From Desulfotalea psychrophila LSv54 (lineage in GTDB: Bacteria > Desulfobacterota > Desulfobulbia > Desulfobulbales > Desulfocapsaceae), in NCBI RefSeq assembly GCF_000025945.1, contig NC_006138.1, positions 3,180,001 through 3,212,000 of the forward strand: DNA of 32,000 nt. The letters run 5' to 3'. Under the pieces are notes generated by a model, which saw nothing but the letters and a program-made list of their open reading frames with translations, made no database searches and was not told where the DNA came from. This document shows, in pieces, positions 15,547 to 25,136 of this stretch. The translations under genes and the position numbers were made by a program. The stretch's first letter is position 1, and every line of letters starts with the position of its first letter.

Positions 15547-16926
15547 ATGAGAATATCACAACAAGCCTCACTCATACTGTTTATAGCTATTATAATAAGT
15601 AGCTGTTCGATGGATAAGACTGATATTACAACAGTCTCTTTTCAGGTACCTACAGAATTTTCAGAGCAGGGGACGAAACAGCTTTCGCAAAAATGGTGGG
15701 AAGACTTCAACGACCCCAAGCTCAATGCTCTTATAGAAAGATCACTCACCAACAACTTTTCACTCCGGGCAGCCCTCAATCGCCTCCAACAGGCAGAGGC
15801 CCGTTATGGTATCAGCCACGCTGAACTCTTTCCCAAGGTGGATGGTACAGCCAAGGCTGAAACAGGACGGACACGAGCACAGAGTGAGAGCACGGGGAAT
15901 CAATCTCTGCTTCTGGGACTGACAGCCTCCTACGAACTTGACCTTTGGGGACGGATTCGCTCTCTGAACGATGCCGCCCAACTTGACCTGAACGCTAGCA
16001 GCATGGACCTGGAGACAGCAGCAATAAGCCTCTCTTCACAAATAGGCGTCATATGGTACCAACTCTGCGAACAACGTAGTCGTCTTCTAATTATCAAAGA
16101 TCAGATAGCCACCAACCAGAAAGGTCTCTATATCATTAACCTGCAGTTTCGAACAGGAAAAATTTCCATCGCCGATGTGCTCCAACAACAACAACTCATC
16201 GAGTCAAATCGAGCCGAACAGACCCAGCTGGAAAAGGAAATACGCCTCAGCTATTATAGCCTGAATACCCTGGTGGGCAATCCCCCCGCCCAGTCCGGGA
16301 CAATCCCTGAATCAACGGGACTCATTGAATTACCCGCCCTCCCTAAAACAGGGTTGCCACTTGAATTCATCCAAAGACGACCCGATCTTAAATCCGCCTT
16401 TTTGGCCGTTCAAGCAGCGGACAAACGTCTTGGGGCAGCAATAGCGGCACGTTACCCAGCCATCAGTATCAGCGCGGACATCAACACATCGGCTGAATCG
16501 GCCAGAGATCTTTTTGATAACTGGTTCAGTAATCTGGCAGCAAATCTTCTCGCTCCCCTTATTGACGGAGGTAAACGGGTCGCAGAAGTCGAAAAACAGA
16601 GGGCAGTTGTTCAGGAAATGTTCAATAACTATAATCAAAAATCTCTTGAGGCCCTCAGTGAAGTTGAAAAGGCACTGATCAGAGAAAAGCAACAGCATAT
16701 ATATATAGCCCAGGTAGACAGACAGTTTGTCCTCTCTGCCAAGGCCATGAAACAGATAAAAAATCATTATCTCAATGGCAGCGAAAATTATCAGCGGGTA
16801 CTCACAGCCCTCGTCTCTACCCAAAACCTTGCCCAGCAACAGATCAGCGCTCGCTTTAACCTGATCAACAACAGAATAGAGCTTTGCCGAGCCCTTGCTG
16901 GTGGTTGGCAGAACAATGAAAAATAA
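15547..16926 (+). CDS. RND efflux outer-membrane factor lipoprotein (NodT/OprM family)
   Basis: 459 aa with a lipoprotein signal (LILFIAIIISS/C). It carries the typical OMF two-repeat coiled-coil pattern (WWEDFNDPKLNALIERSLTNNFSLRAA... and RRPDLKSAFLAVQAADKRLGAAIAARYP). Confidence 0.9.
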   Translation: MRISQQASLILFIAIIISSCSMDKTDITTVSFQVPTEFSEQGTKQLSQKWWEDFNDPKLNALIERSLTNNFSLRAALNRLQQAEARYGISHAELFPKVDGTAKAETGRTRAQSESTGNQSLLLGLTASYELDLWGRIRSLNDAAQLDLNASSMDLETAAISLSSQIGVIWYQLCEQRSRLLIIKDQIATNQKGLYIINLQFRTGKISIADVLQQQQLIESNRAEQTQLEKEIRLSYYSLNTLVGNPPAQSGTIPESTGLIELPALPKTGLPLEFIQRRPDLKSAFLAVQAADKRLGAAIAARYPAISISADINTSAESARDLFDNWFSNLAANLLAPLIDGGKRVAEVEKQRAVVQEMFNNYNQKSLEALSEVEKALIREKQQHIYIAQVDRQFVLSAKAMKQIKNHYLNGSENYQRVLTALVSTQNLAQQQISARFNLINNRIELCRALAGGWQNNEK

Positions 16927-16952
16927 AAAAATATCACCTATTTCAGGACCCT

Positions 16953-18175
16953 ATGAGTAATCCAACAAATACATTTTGGACCAAGACAGGCAACTTCCTA
17001 CTTCCCATAGCCATCATTGCCTGTGCCATCGCCATTGCCTTTTGGCTTATCGAGACCAAACCTGAGGCACAGCAAAAGCCACAGAAAAAGTTCAGTACCA
17101 TCGTCGAAGTTCAACAAGTAGAACGAGGCCCTGAGCATATTTATATAGAGGCAAGGGGAGTCGTTGGCCCAAGTAAAAGAATTACCATTACCACCCAGAT
17201 AACAGGAAAGATTCTTCACCTTGACCCCAATTTTCAACCCGGTGGCTTTTTAAAAAAAGATGCTGTCATGGCAAGGATAGACCCCCGAGACTATCAGTTT
17301 ATCCTGCAACAACGCCAAGCAGAACTCAAGAGCAGCAGAAGTGAACTTGTTCTGGAAACAGGTAATCAACTTGTTGCCCTTAAAGAGCTTGAGCTCCTCG
17401 GAGAACCTGTGTCTGCCGAAGAAAAGCACCTGATGCTGCGAGGGCCGCAACTCAAAAAACTACATAATAATCTGAATTCGGATCAGGCCCGTTACGACCA
17501 GGCAAAACTGAATTTGGCTCGCACCAAGATAAGAGCTCCCTTCAACGGAACCGTTGACAGTCTCAGTAGCGATATTGGCTCACTGGTAACCAATGGCACA
17601 GGCCTTGCCAGTTTCACTGGAACAGATGAGTTTTGGATACAACTGCAGTACCGGTAGATCAGCTCCGCTGGATTACCATTCCCAAAAAAAATGGCGAAAA
17701 AGGATCACAGGTACAAATTTTCTACGACGATGTCTGGCCAACAGAGAGCTATCGTCTGGGCGAAGTAATCCGCCTCAATGCCAATCTTGAAGAGAATGGT
17801 CGCCAAGCCATTCTCATTGTCCGAATCATGGACCCCCTGGCACTGAGAGCAGAAAACGCCCACAAACCACCTCTGCTTTTAAATTCCTATGTCCGGGGCA
17901 AGATAGATTGTAGCACCCTCCCCCAGGTCGTAAAGATTAAGCGACAGTATATGCAAGATGGAAACAATATCTGGATAATGACCCCGGAGAAGACCCTTGA
18001 AATTCGTCCCCTGCAGGTGCTCTTTAAAAACCAAAACGAAATCATCGTAGAAAAGGGTCTTGAGGCAGGAGAACATTACATCACCTCCACCCTTACCGCA
18101 CCCATCACAGAAATGTTACTACAGACCAAGGATGAGGGGCTGAGTAGAGCCAAGACAAAAGCGGAGAAAAAGTAA
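16953..18175 (+). pseudogene. RND periplasmic adaptor (MFP/HlyD family) interrupted by a 1-nt frameshift
   Basis: ORF 16953-17657 ends ...RAPFNGTVDSLSSDIGSLVTNGTGLASFTGTDEFWIQLQYR*. ORF 17633-18175 continues (L)DTTAVPVDQLRWITIP.... Together they form one ~405-aa adaptor with the usual ...D.lWV.a.VpE.dl..I junction. The frame changes from phase 0 to phase 2 between 17630 and 17654. Confidence 0.75.
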
Positions 18176-21100
18176 TGAGTACCGAGCCAAATAAAAGCCG
18201 CGGCGTGATATCATGGATGGTACATAACAGAGTTACCCCCAATCTCCTGATGCTCGTTCTCCTTATTGGTGGCTTTTTTGTCGCCAACAGAATCAAACAG
18301 GAGGTTTTTCCCGAATTCGTCCTCGATATTGTTTCCATCTCTGTTCCCTACCCGGGGGCCAGCCCGGCTGAGATAGAAAAGGGCATAATCCTGGCCATCG
18401 AAGAAAACATCCAAGGTCTTGATGGCATCAAGGAGTACAACTCCACTGCGGCAGAGGGTATTGCTCAGGTGAGCATAGAGCTGACAACAGGAGCCAAACG
18501 CCAACAGGTATTCCAGGACATCAAGCAAGAAATTGACAATATTACCACCTTCCCAGAAGATGCAGAAGAACCAAGGGTTTCACTCGTTGCCATTAAAATG
18601 GATGTTCTGCAGATCACCCTCTTTGGTAATGCAAGCGAGCACTCTCTCCGAGAACTTGCCGAATTCACCAGGGACAAACTCCTGCAGACCCCAGGTATTA
18701 GTCAGGTAGAAATTGTCGGTAATCGGGACTTTGAGGTATCCGTTGAGATAAGCCAAGGGACACTCCGTAACTATGGCCTCACCCTGGGAGATGTTGCCAC
18801 CCGAATAAAAGAGGCCTCGGTGGAACTCCCGGGCGGCAAGATCAAAACCACAGGTGGAGAAATTCTCCTCAGAATTAAGGATCGCCGCGACTGGGCCTCA
18901 GAGTTCAGCAAAATCCCCATTATCACCACGGCTACGGGCAGCATCGTCTATCTGGAGGATATCGCCCAGGTCAGAGAGGCATTTGAAGATACCGACAAAA
19001 CCACCACATATAATGGAGAGCCCTCCATTGCCCTGGCCATTGCCAGGATCGGCAAAGAAACACCCATTGGGGTGGCAGAGGCGGCCCGCAATGCCATGGT
19101 GGAGATAGAATCACACTATCCAGCCTCAATACAGTGGGCGACCGGTAAAGATCGCTCTCTCATATACCAGCAGCGCCTCCAGTTGCTCCTCAAAAACGCC
19201 CTGATGGGTCTTGTTCTCGTCCTCGTTCTGCTCGGCACCTTTCTTGAGTTCCGTCTGGCCTTCTGGGTAACCATGGGCATCCCCATCTCCTTCCTCGGCG
19301 GCCTGCTCTTTCTCCCCGTCTTTGGGGTTTCGATAAATATGATCTCCATGTTTGCCTTTATCGTCGCACTCGGGATAGTGGTCGATGATGCAATTGTGGC
19401 AGGTGAAAATATTTATGAATATCGACAAAAGGGTTTGCCCTTTATCGAGGCAGCCATCAAGGGGGCACAGGATGTGGCCATCCCCATTGCCTTTGCCATC
19501 CTGACAAATATTGTTGCCTTTGCCCCACTGCTCTTCATCCCGGGGACAATGGGGAAAATTTGGGGGGTCATCCCCACCGTTGTTATCACCGTATTTGTCA
19601 TCTCCTGGGTCGAAGCGCTGCTAATACTGCCAAGCCACCTTGCCCACGGCAACCCTAAGAAGGCGCAGGGCATATTACGGGTTATCGGACACCACCAACG
19701 TTTTTTTTCCCGCCTACTCGAACTCTTTATCAGTCGCATCTACACCCCCAGCCTCGATTTCTGCCTGCACCGTCGAGGCCTGACCCTGGCCCTTGGCATA
19801 GCCATCCTCATCCTCTCCATTGGTTATATTAAGGGAGGAAGAATCAATATGATCCTCATGCCGAGGGTTGAGTCTAACCGCGCCGTAGTAACGGCCACCT
19901 TCCCCCTAGGCACCCCCGCAGGAGAGGTGGAAAAAACTCGTCAGCTCCTGGAAGATGCCATTGCCAGGGTAGCAAAAAAACACGGCGGCAAACAGCTGGT
20001 AGAGGGCGTCTTTGCCAAGATCATCGAAAATACCCTGAGCATAGATGCCTATCTCTCCCCCCCCGGTATCCGCCCCCTCTCCACCAAAGAGGTCACCAAA
20101 CAGTGGCGTAATGAGGCAGGAAGATTAGTCGGCCTACAATCAATTATCTATGAAGCAGATCGTGGCGGCCCCGGCAGGGGAGCAGCCCTGGAAATAGAGC
20201 TGAGCCATCGTGATATCGAGGTTCTTGACAGGGCAAGCGCAGACCTTGCTGCAGGCATTGAAACATTTGCCAGCAGTACCGATGTTAATCAGGGTTTTGC
20301 CCGAGGTAAGCAGCAGATAGACTTCCAAATCAATGCAGCGGGTAAGGCCCTGGGGCTAAGCGCAAGTACTGTCGGCAGACAACTGCGAGATAGCTTTCAA
20401 GGCGCCATAGCCCTGAAACAGCAACGCGGCAGAAATGAGATGAGGGTTCGGGTACGCCTGCCCGAAGAAGAGAGGCTAAGTGAATTCAATATTGACAATA
20501 TGATGGTTCACACCCCAAAAAACACATTTGTACCTCTTATGGAGATTGCAAATATTGAACGAGGTCGAGCCTATACTACAATTGACAGACGAGATGGGCG
20601 AAGAATCGTCACCGTCAGCGCCAATGTTGAACCCATCGGCCGGGTAAATCAAATTTCTGCTACCCTCAAGCAGACAATACTACCCCAGCTATTGGAAAAA
20701 TACCCTGGTTTGACCTATGATTTTGAGGGACGTGAAGCCGAACGAGCCGATTCAATGTCAAGCATTATCGCCGGATTCCTCTTCACCCTACTAGGCATCT
20801 ATGTCCTTTTAGCCATCCCATTTCGTAGCTACACCCAACCGCTGATAGTGATGTTCGCCATCCCCTTCGGCCTGGTGGGTGCACTGGCAGGACATATCAT
20901 CATGGGCTACAACATTAGCATTATCAGCCTGATGGGCATACTCGCCCTCTCAGGAGTTATCGTCAATGACTCACTTATCCTCGTTGATTACGCCAACAAG
21001 AAAATGGCTGCAGGGGACAGCCCCCTAGAAGCCATACGCAGGGCAGGTCAGAGACGCTTTCGCCCCATCATGCTCACAACCCTGACCACCTTCGGCGGCC

Positions 21101-21303
21101 TTGCCCCCATGATATTTGAAACATCCCGCCAGGCACGTTTTATGATTCCCATGGCCATCTCTTTGGGCTTTGGTATTCTTTTCGTAACAGCCATTGCCCT
21201 ATGGCTGGTTCCCTGCTTTTTCATGTTAATCGAAGATGGCAGGGCACTCTCAGCCAAGATATTCGGGCCAAAACCAAAAAAGATCTCATCTGAGATGGAA
21301 TAA
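18175..21303 (+). CDS. RND efflux permease (AcrB/AcrD/AcrF superfamily)
   Basis: 1042 aa with the 12-TM, two-large-periplasmic-loop architecture. Typical TM4 region: FAFIVALGIVVDDAIV. The start overlaps the adaptor stop (TAATG at 18173-18177). Confidence 0.95.
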   Translation: MSTEPNKSRGVISWMVHNRVTPNLLMLVLLIGGFFVANRIKQEVFPEFVLDIVSISVPYPGASPAEIEKGIILAIEENIQGLDGIKEYNSTAAEGIAQVSIELTTGAKRQQVFQDIKQEIDNITTFPEDAEEPRVSLVAIKMDVLQITLFGNASEHSLRELAEFTRDKLLQTPGISQVEIVGNRDFEVSVEISQGTLRNYGLTLGDVATRIKEASVELPGGKIKTTGGEILLRIKDRRDWASEFSKIPIITTATGSIVYLEDIAQVREAFEDTDKTTTYNGEPSIALAIARIGKETPIGVAEAARNAMVEIESHYPASIQWATGKDRSLIYQQRLQLLLKNALMGLVLVLVLLGTFLEFRLAFWVTMGIPISFLGGLLFLPVFGVSINMISMFAFIVALGIVVDDAIVAGENIYEYRQKGLPFIEAAIKGAQDVAIPIAFAILTNIVAFAPLLFIPGTMGKIWGVIPTVVITVFVISWVEALLILPSHLAHGNPKKAQGILRVIGHHQRFFSRLLELFISRIYTPSLDFCLHRRGLTLALGIAILILSIGYIKGGRINMILMPRVESNRAVVTATFPLGTPAGEVEKTRQLLEDAIARVAKKHGGKQLVEGVFAKIIENTLSIDAYLSPPGIRPLSTKEVTKQWRNEAGRLVGLQSIIYEADRGGPGRGAALEIELSHRDIEVLDRASADLAAGIETFASSTDVNQGFARGKQQIDFQINAAGKALGLSASTVGRQLRDSFQGAIALKQQRGRNEMRVRVRLPEEERLSEFNIDNMMVHTPKNTFVPLMEIANIERGRAYTTIDRRDGRRIVTVSANVEPIGRVNQISATLKQTILPQLLEKYPGLTYDFEGREAERADSMSSIIAGFLFTLLGIYVLLAIPFRSYTQPLIVMFAIPFGLVGALAGHIIMGYNISIISLMGILALSGVIVNDSLILVDYANKKMAAGDSPLEAIRRAGQRRFRPIMLTTLTTFGGLAPMIFETSRQARFMIPMAISLGFGILFVTAIALWLVPCFFMLIEDGRALSAKIFGPKPKKISSEME

Positions 21304-21484
21304 GAGCTCGCTTGAAAATTGACACGTTCAATAATGGCGAGGTCCTGACTACGAGGCATATGATATGTACCACTGACTCTAAAAGCGGAGTCTGCACTTA
21401 CCTGCGAGGATATTTTTTATTAAATTGAAATAAAAAAAGGACATTTTCAAGGCTCCCCACAGATATGTAAGGAGGGTACATTCA

Positions 21485-22696
21485 ATGCCAGGCAGAACTC
21501 TTATTACCCTATTACTCTCTATTTTTATCGCCCTGCTCGGCATAGGGATTATTGTCCCCGTCATGCCCATCTATGCAGAGACTCTGGGCGCCGGTGGCTT
21601 TGCTCTGGGGATGATTATTGCCTCATTTTCGGTAAGCAGATGCATCCTCCAGCCAATCATAGGCAACCTCTCCGATAGCCTGGGACGAAAGAGATTTCTT
21701 ATTGCCGGGCTTCTTATCTACGCCCTTGTCGGCCTGCTTATCCCCGAAGCAGAAAGTATCCAAAGCCTGATATTCATCCGCCTCCTCCACGGAATGGGTT
21801 CAGCCATGATTGTCCCCATCGCCATGGCCTATGTGAGTCAAATGGCTCCTTACGGCCATGAGGGCAGATATATGAGTTTTCTTAATATAGCTATTTTTTC
21901 TGGAATGGGCTGCGGACCAATCATCGGCGGTATATTCTTTGATACCCTCGGTTTTAAAGCAGTTTTTTATATGATGGCTGCCATGAGCTTTCTGGCTGCC
22001 ATTCTCATCACCGCTAATCTCCCAAACAGAGAAGAAACTAAGAGCATAAAACTACAGGCAAGCCTCCTCTCTTCAATGAAAAGAATGGTCGCAAATAGAC
22101 ACACTCGGGGTGTCCTTATTACCCGCTACGCAACCATGACAGCCCTAGTCCCCTCCATGGCCTTTTTACCATTTATCATGACAGAATCAGGATACAGTAG
22201 CGGCACCTTGGTGGGTTTGGTCATTGCCTGTCGTACCCTGGTCAATGCCGCCCTGCAGTTTCCCTGTGGTAAACTGGCAGACAGGTACAATAAACTTACC
22301 CTGCTTTTTATTGGGGTATGGGTAATGGTCATTGCCACCAGCCTCATTCCCGAGGCTGAGAAGATCACCAGCTTTTTTCTCATCTACGCTTTACTTGGCT
22401 GTGGGGAGGCAATCGTCTGGCCGACCCTTGCCGCCTACGCCTCTCTGGATGGACGAGAAAACTATGGGCATGGGACGATGATGGGCGTTTTCAACCTGGC
22501 CATGAGTGGAGGGGTGTTCACCGGTGCCCTCCTAGCCGGCTACAGCATGGACAGCATTGGCCTCCGTTGGGCCTTTTATATTCCGGCCATTACCATCGCA
22601 ACCATTGCAAGCCTTGGCATGGCCCTCATCTACAGGGCAGAGAGACAAAGAAGCGAAGCCCTTATCAGCACACAAGGAGACAAGGTTCACAAATAG
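21485..22696 (+). CDS. MFS transporter (DHA-like)
   Basis: 403 aa with about 12 TM helices. The MFS loop 2-3 motif is present (GNLSDSLGRKRFLIAG). AAGGAGGG RBS. Confidence 0.9.
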   Translation: MPGRTLITLLLSIFIALLGIGIIVPVMPIYAETLGAGGFALGMIIASFSVSRCILQPIIGNLSDSLGRKRFLIAGLLIYALVGLLIPEAESIQSLIFIRLLHGMGSAMIVPIAMAYVSQMAPYGHEGRYMSFLNIAIFSGMGCGPIIGGIFFDTLGFKAVFYMMAAMSFLAAILITANLPNREETKSIKLQASLLSSMKRMVANRHTRGVLITRYATMTALVPSMAFLPFIMTESGYSSGTLVGLVIACRTLVNAALQFPCGKLADRYNKLTLLFIGVWVMVIATSLIPEAEKITSFFLIYALLGCGEAIVWPTLAAYASLDGRENYGHGTMMGVFNLAMSGGVFTGALLAGYSMDSIGLRWAFYIPAITIATIASLGMALIYRAERQRSEALISTQGDKVHK

Positions 22697-22703
22697 GTTC
22701 TAC

Positions 22704-22745
22704 AGGAAAAATGGAGAAAGAGAAGGAGAAAGAGAGAAAGGAGGA
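22704..22745. repeat. polypurine/polypyrimidine tract between convergent genes
   Basis: AGGAAAAAtGGAGAAAGAGAAGGAGAAAGAGAGAAAGGAGGA. Positions 22713-22745 are 33 consecutive purines on the plus strand, with loose GGAGAAAGAGA repeats. The tract lies between the MFS stop (22696) and the bpt stop (22749). Confidence 0.9.
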
Positions 22746-22748
22746 TGG

Positions 22749-23543
22749 CTATTTTCTTGACAGATCCCTACTCGACGCCCCTGAATAGCTGCACCAAACG
22801 CCATCTTCCAGGAGCTGATAGGGCCTAAACGTATCCTTATAGTTCATGGCCTGCACATCTCTGATATAGAAGCCCAGATAGAGATAGATAATCCCCCGCT
22901 CTCGGCAAAAATCAATCAAACGCAGGACATTATAGGTGCCCAGACCACGGCCACTCTCCTCAGGATCAAAGAAAAAATAGACGGCATTCAGCCAGTGCTC
23001 TCCATGGTCGACAATGGCATTACCCAACAGACGCCCACCCTGACGAAACTCTAGCTGCTCCGTATGGGTCAGGCCATTTTCGAAGAAATCGGCATAGTAC
23101 CTTTCGGCACTATTATCTGAAGGGTATCGATTCTGTAAAAACCGATCACAGAGATCAAGGTGCTCCTGACTCCGTACCAGAGGAAGAAAGGAGGCAGCTA
23201 TATCATCGTTCTTTTTTCTATTTCTCTTTTGACTCCTGCTCGGAGAAAATTGCTCTACCTGAAGACGAATAGGCTGGCAGGCCGTACAGTGAGGACAGCG
23301 CATGGTATAGAGGCAGTTGCCGTTACGACGATAGCCTGCAGCCAAAAAGAGGCCGACAACATGCTCCTCCAAAGGGGCAAAAAAAGCCTGATGGAAAACT
23401 GCCTGCTGGGGCAGCCCATAGGGACAATCGGTCTCTACATCAACAAAAACTTGTTCCAGCTTTTCCTCGATACAAGAGAACTCTTCGGCTGCCCAAAGAT
23501 CATAGGCAGACAGGGTTCCATTCAGACTTTTTTCTCTATTCAT
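22749..23543 (-). CDS. bpt: arginyl-tRNA-protein transferase homologue (bacterial Asp/Glu leucyltransferase)
   Basis: 264 aa. N-terminal ATE_N-like Cys motifs (CPYGLP...GYRRNGNCLYTMRCPHCTACQPIR) are followed by an ATE_C-like acyltransferase domain (YFFFDPEESGRGLGTYNVLRLIDFCRERGIIYLYLGFYI). Confidence 0.85.
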   Translation of the reverse strand: MNREKSLNGTLSAYDLWAAEEFSCIEEKLEQVFVDVETDCPYGLPQQAVFHQAFFAPLEEHVVGLFLAAGYRRNGNCLYTMRCPHCTACQPIRLQVEQFSPSRSQKRNRKKNDDIAASFLPLVRSQEHLDLCDRFLQNRYPSDNSAERYYADFFENGLTHTEQLEFRQGGRLLGNAIVDHGEHWLNAVYFFFDPEESGRGLGTYNVLRLIDFCRERGIIYLYLGFYIRDVQAMNYKDTFRPYQLLEDGVWCSYSGASSRDLSRK

Positions 23544-23659
23544 AATAAATTATATCCGCTTCCCGGCAAGAAAATATGCCTGCTACTCACATTGCCTCAA
23601 AACCTCTCCTGCAACAAAAACAAATAAATTTTGCCCTGGAATATTTTGCAAATTTCTCT

Positions 23660-25018
<1,359 letters not shown>

Positions 25019-25062
25019 TTAGGCTAAATTTTTTATTTCACTGTAGTAAACACTCTCTACCC

Positions 25063-25086
25063 TCAGTCAGACAGAAATCTGACTGA
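25063..25086 (-). terminator. hairpin downstream of the 990-aa gene
   Basis: TCAGTCAGA (25063-25071) pairs with TCTGACTGA (25078-25086): a 9-bp perfect stem with a 6-nt loop, 51 nt past the stop. No adjacent U-tract. Confidence 0.3.
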
Positions 25087-25136
25087 CAATCTCCACCTCC
25101 TGTCGACTTCTCAATAGATGGATTAGAGATATCATA

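Noticed and set aside
15179-15602. 63-aa (minus) and 92-aa (plus) ORFs in the LysR/OMF spacer
   Set aside because: They have non-ATG or RBS-less starts and AT-rich composition, and I recognise no motifs. The plus-strand ORF overlaps the sigma-54 element and the real OMF start in another frame.
21413-21437. AT-only hairpin (TTTTTTATT / AATAAAAAA) after the RND pump gene as a terminator
   Set aside because: The stem contains no G-C pairs and would be very unstable. I found no convincing intrinsic terminator between the RND and MFS genes.
23565-23583. Minus-strand AGGCATATTTTCTTGCC upstream of bpt as a sigma-54 promoter
   Set aside because: The GG-to-GC register is 13 nt, one too long, and the -24 element lacks the T of TGGCA.
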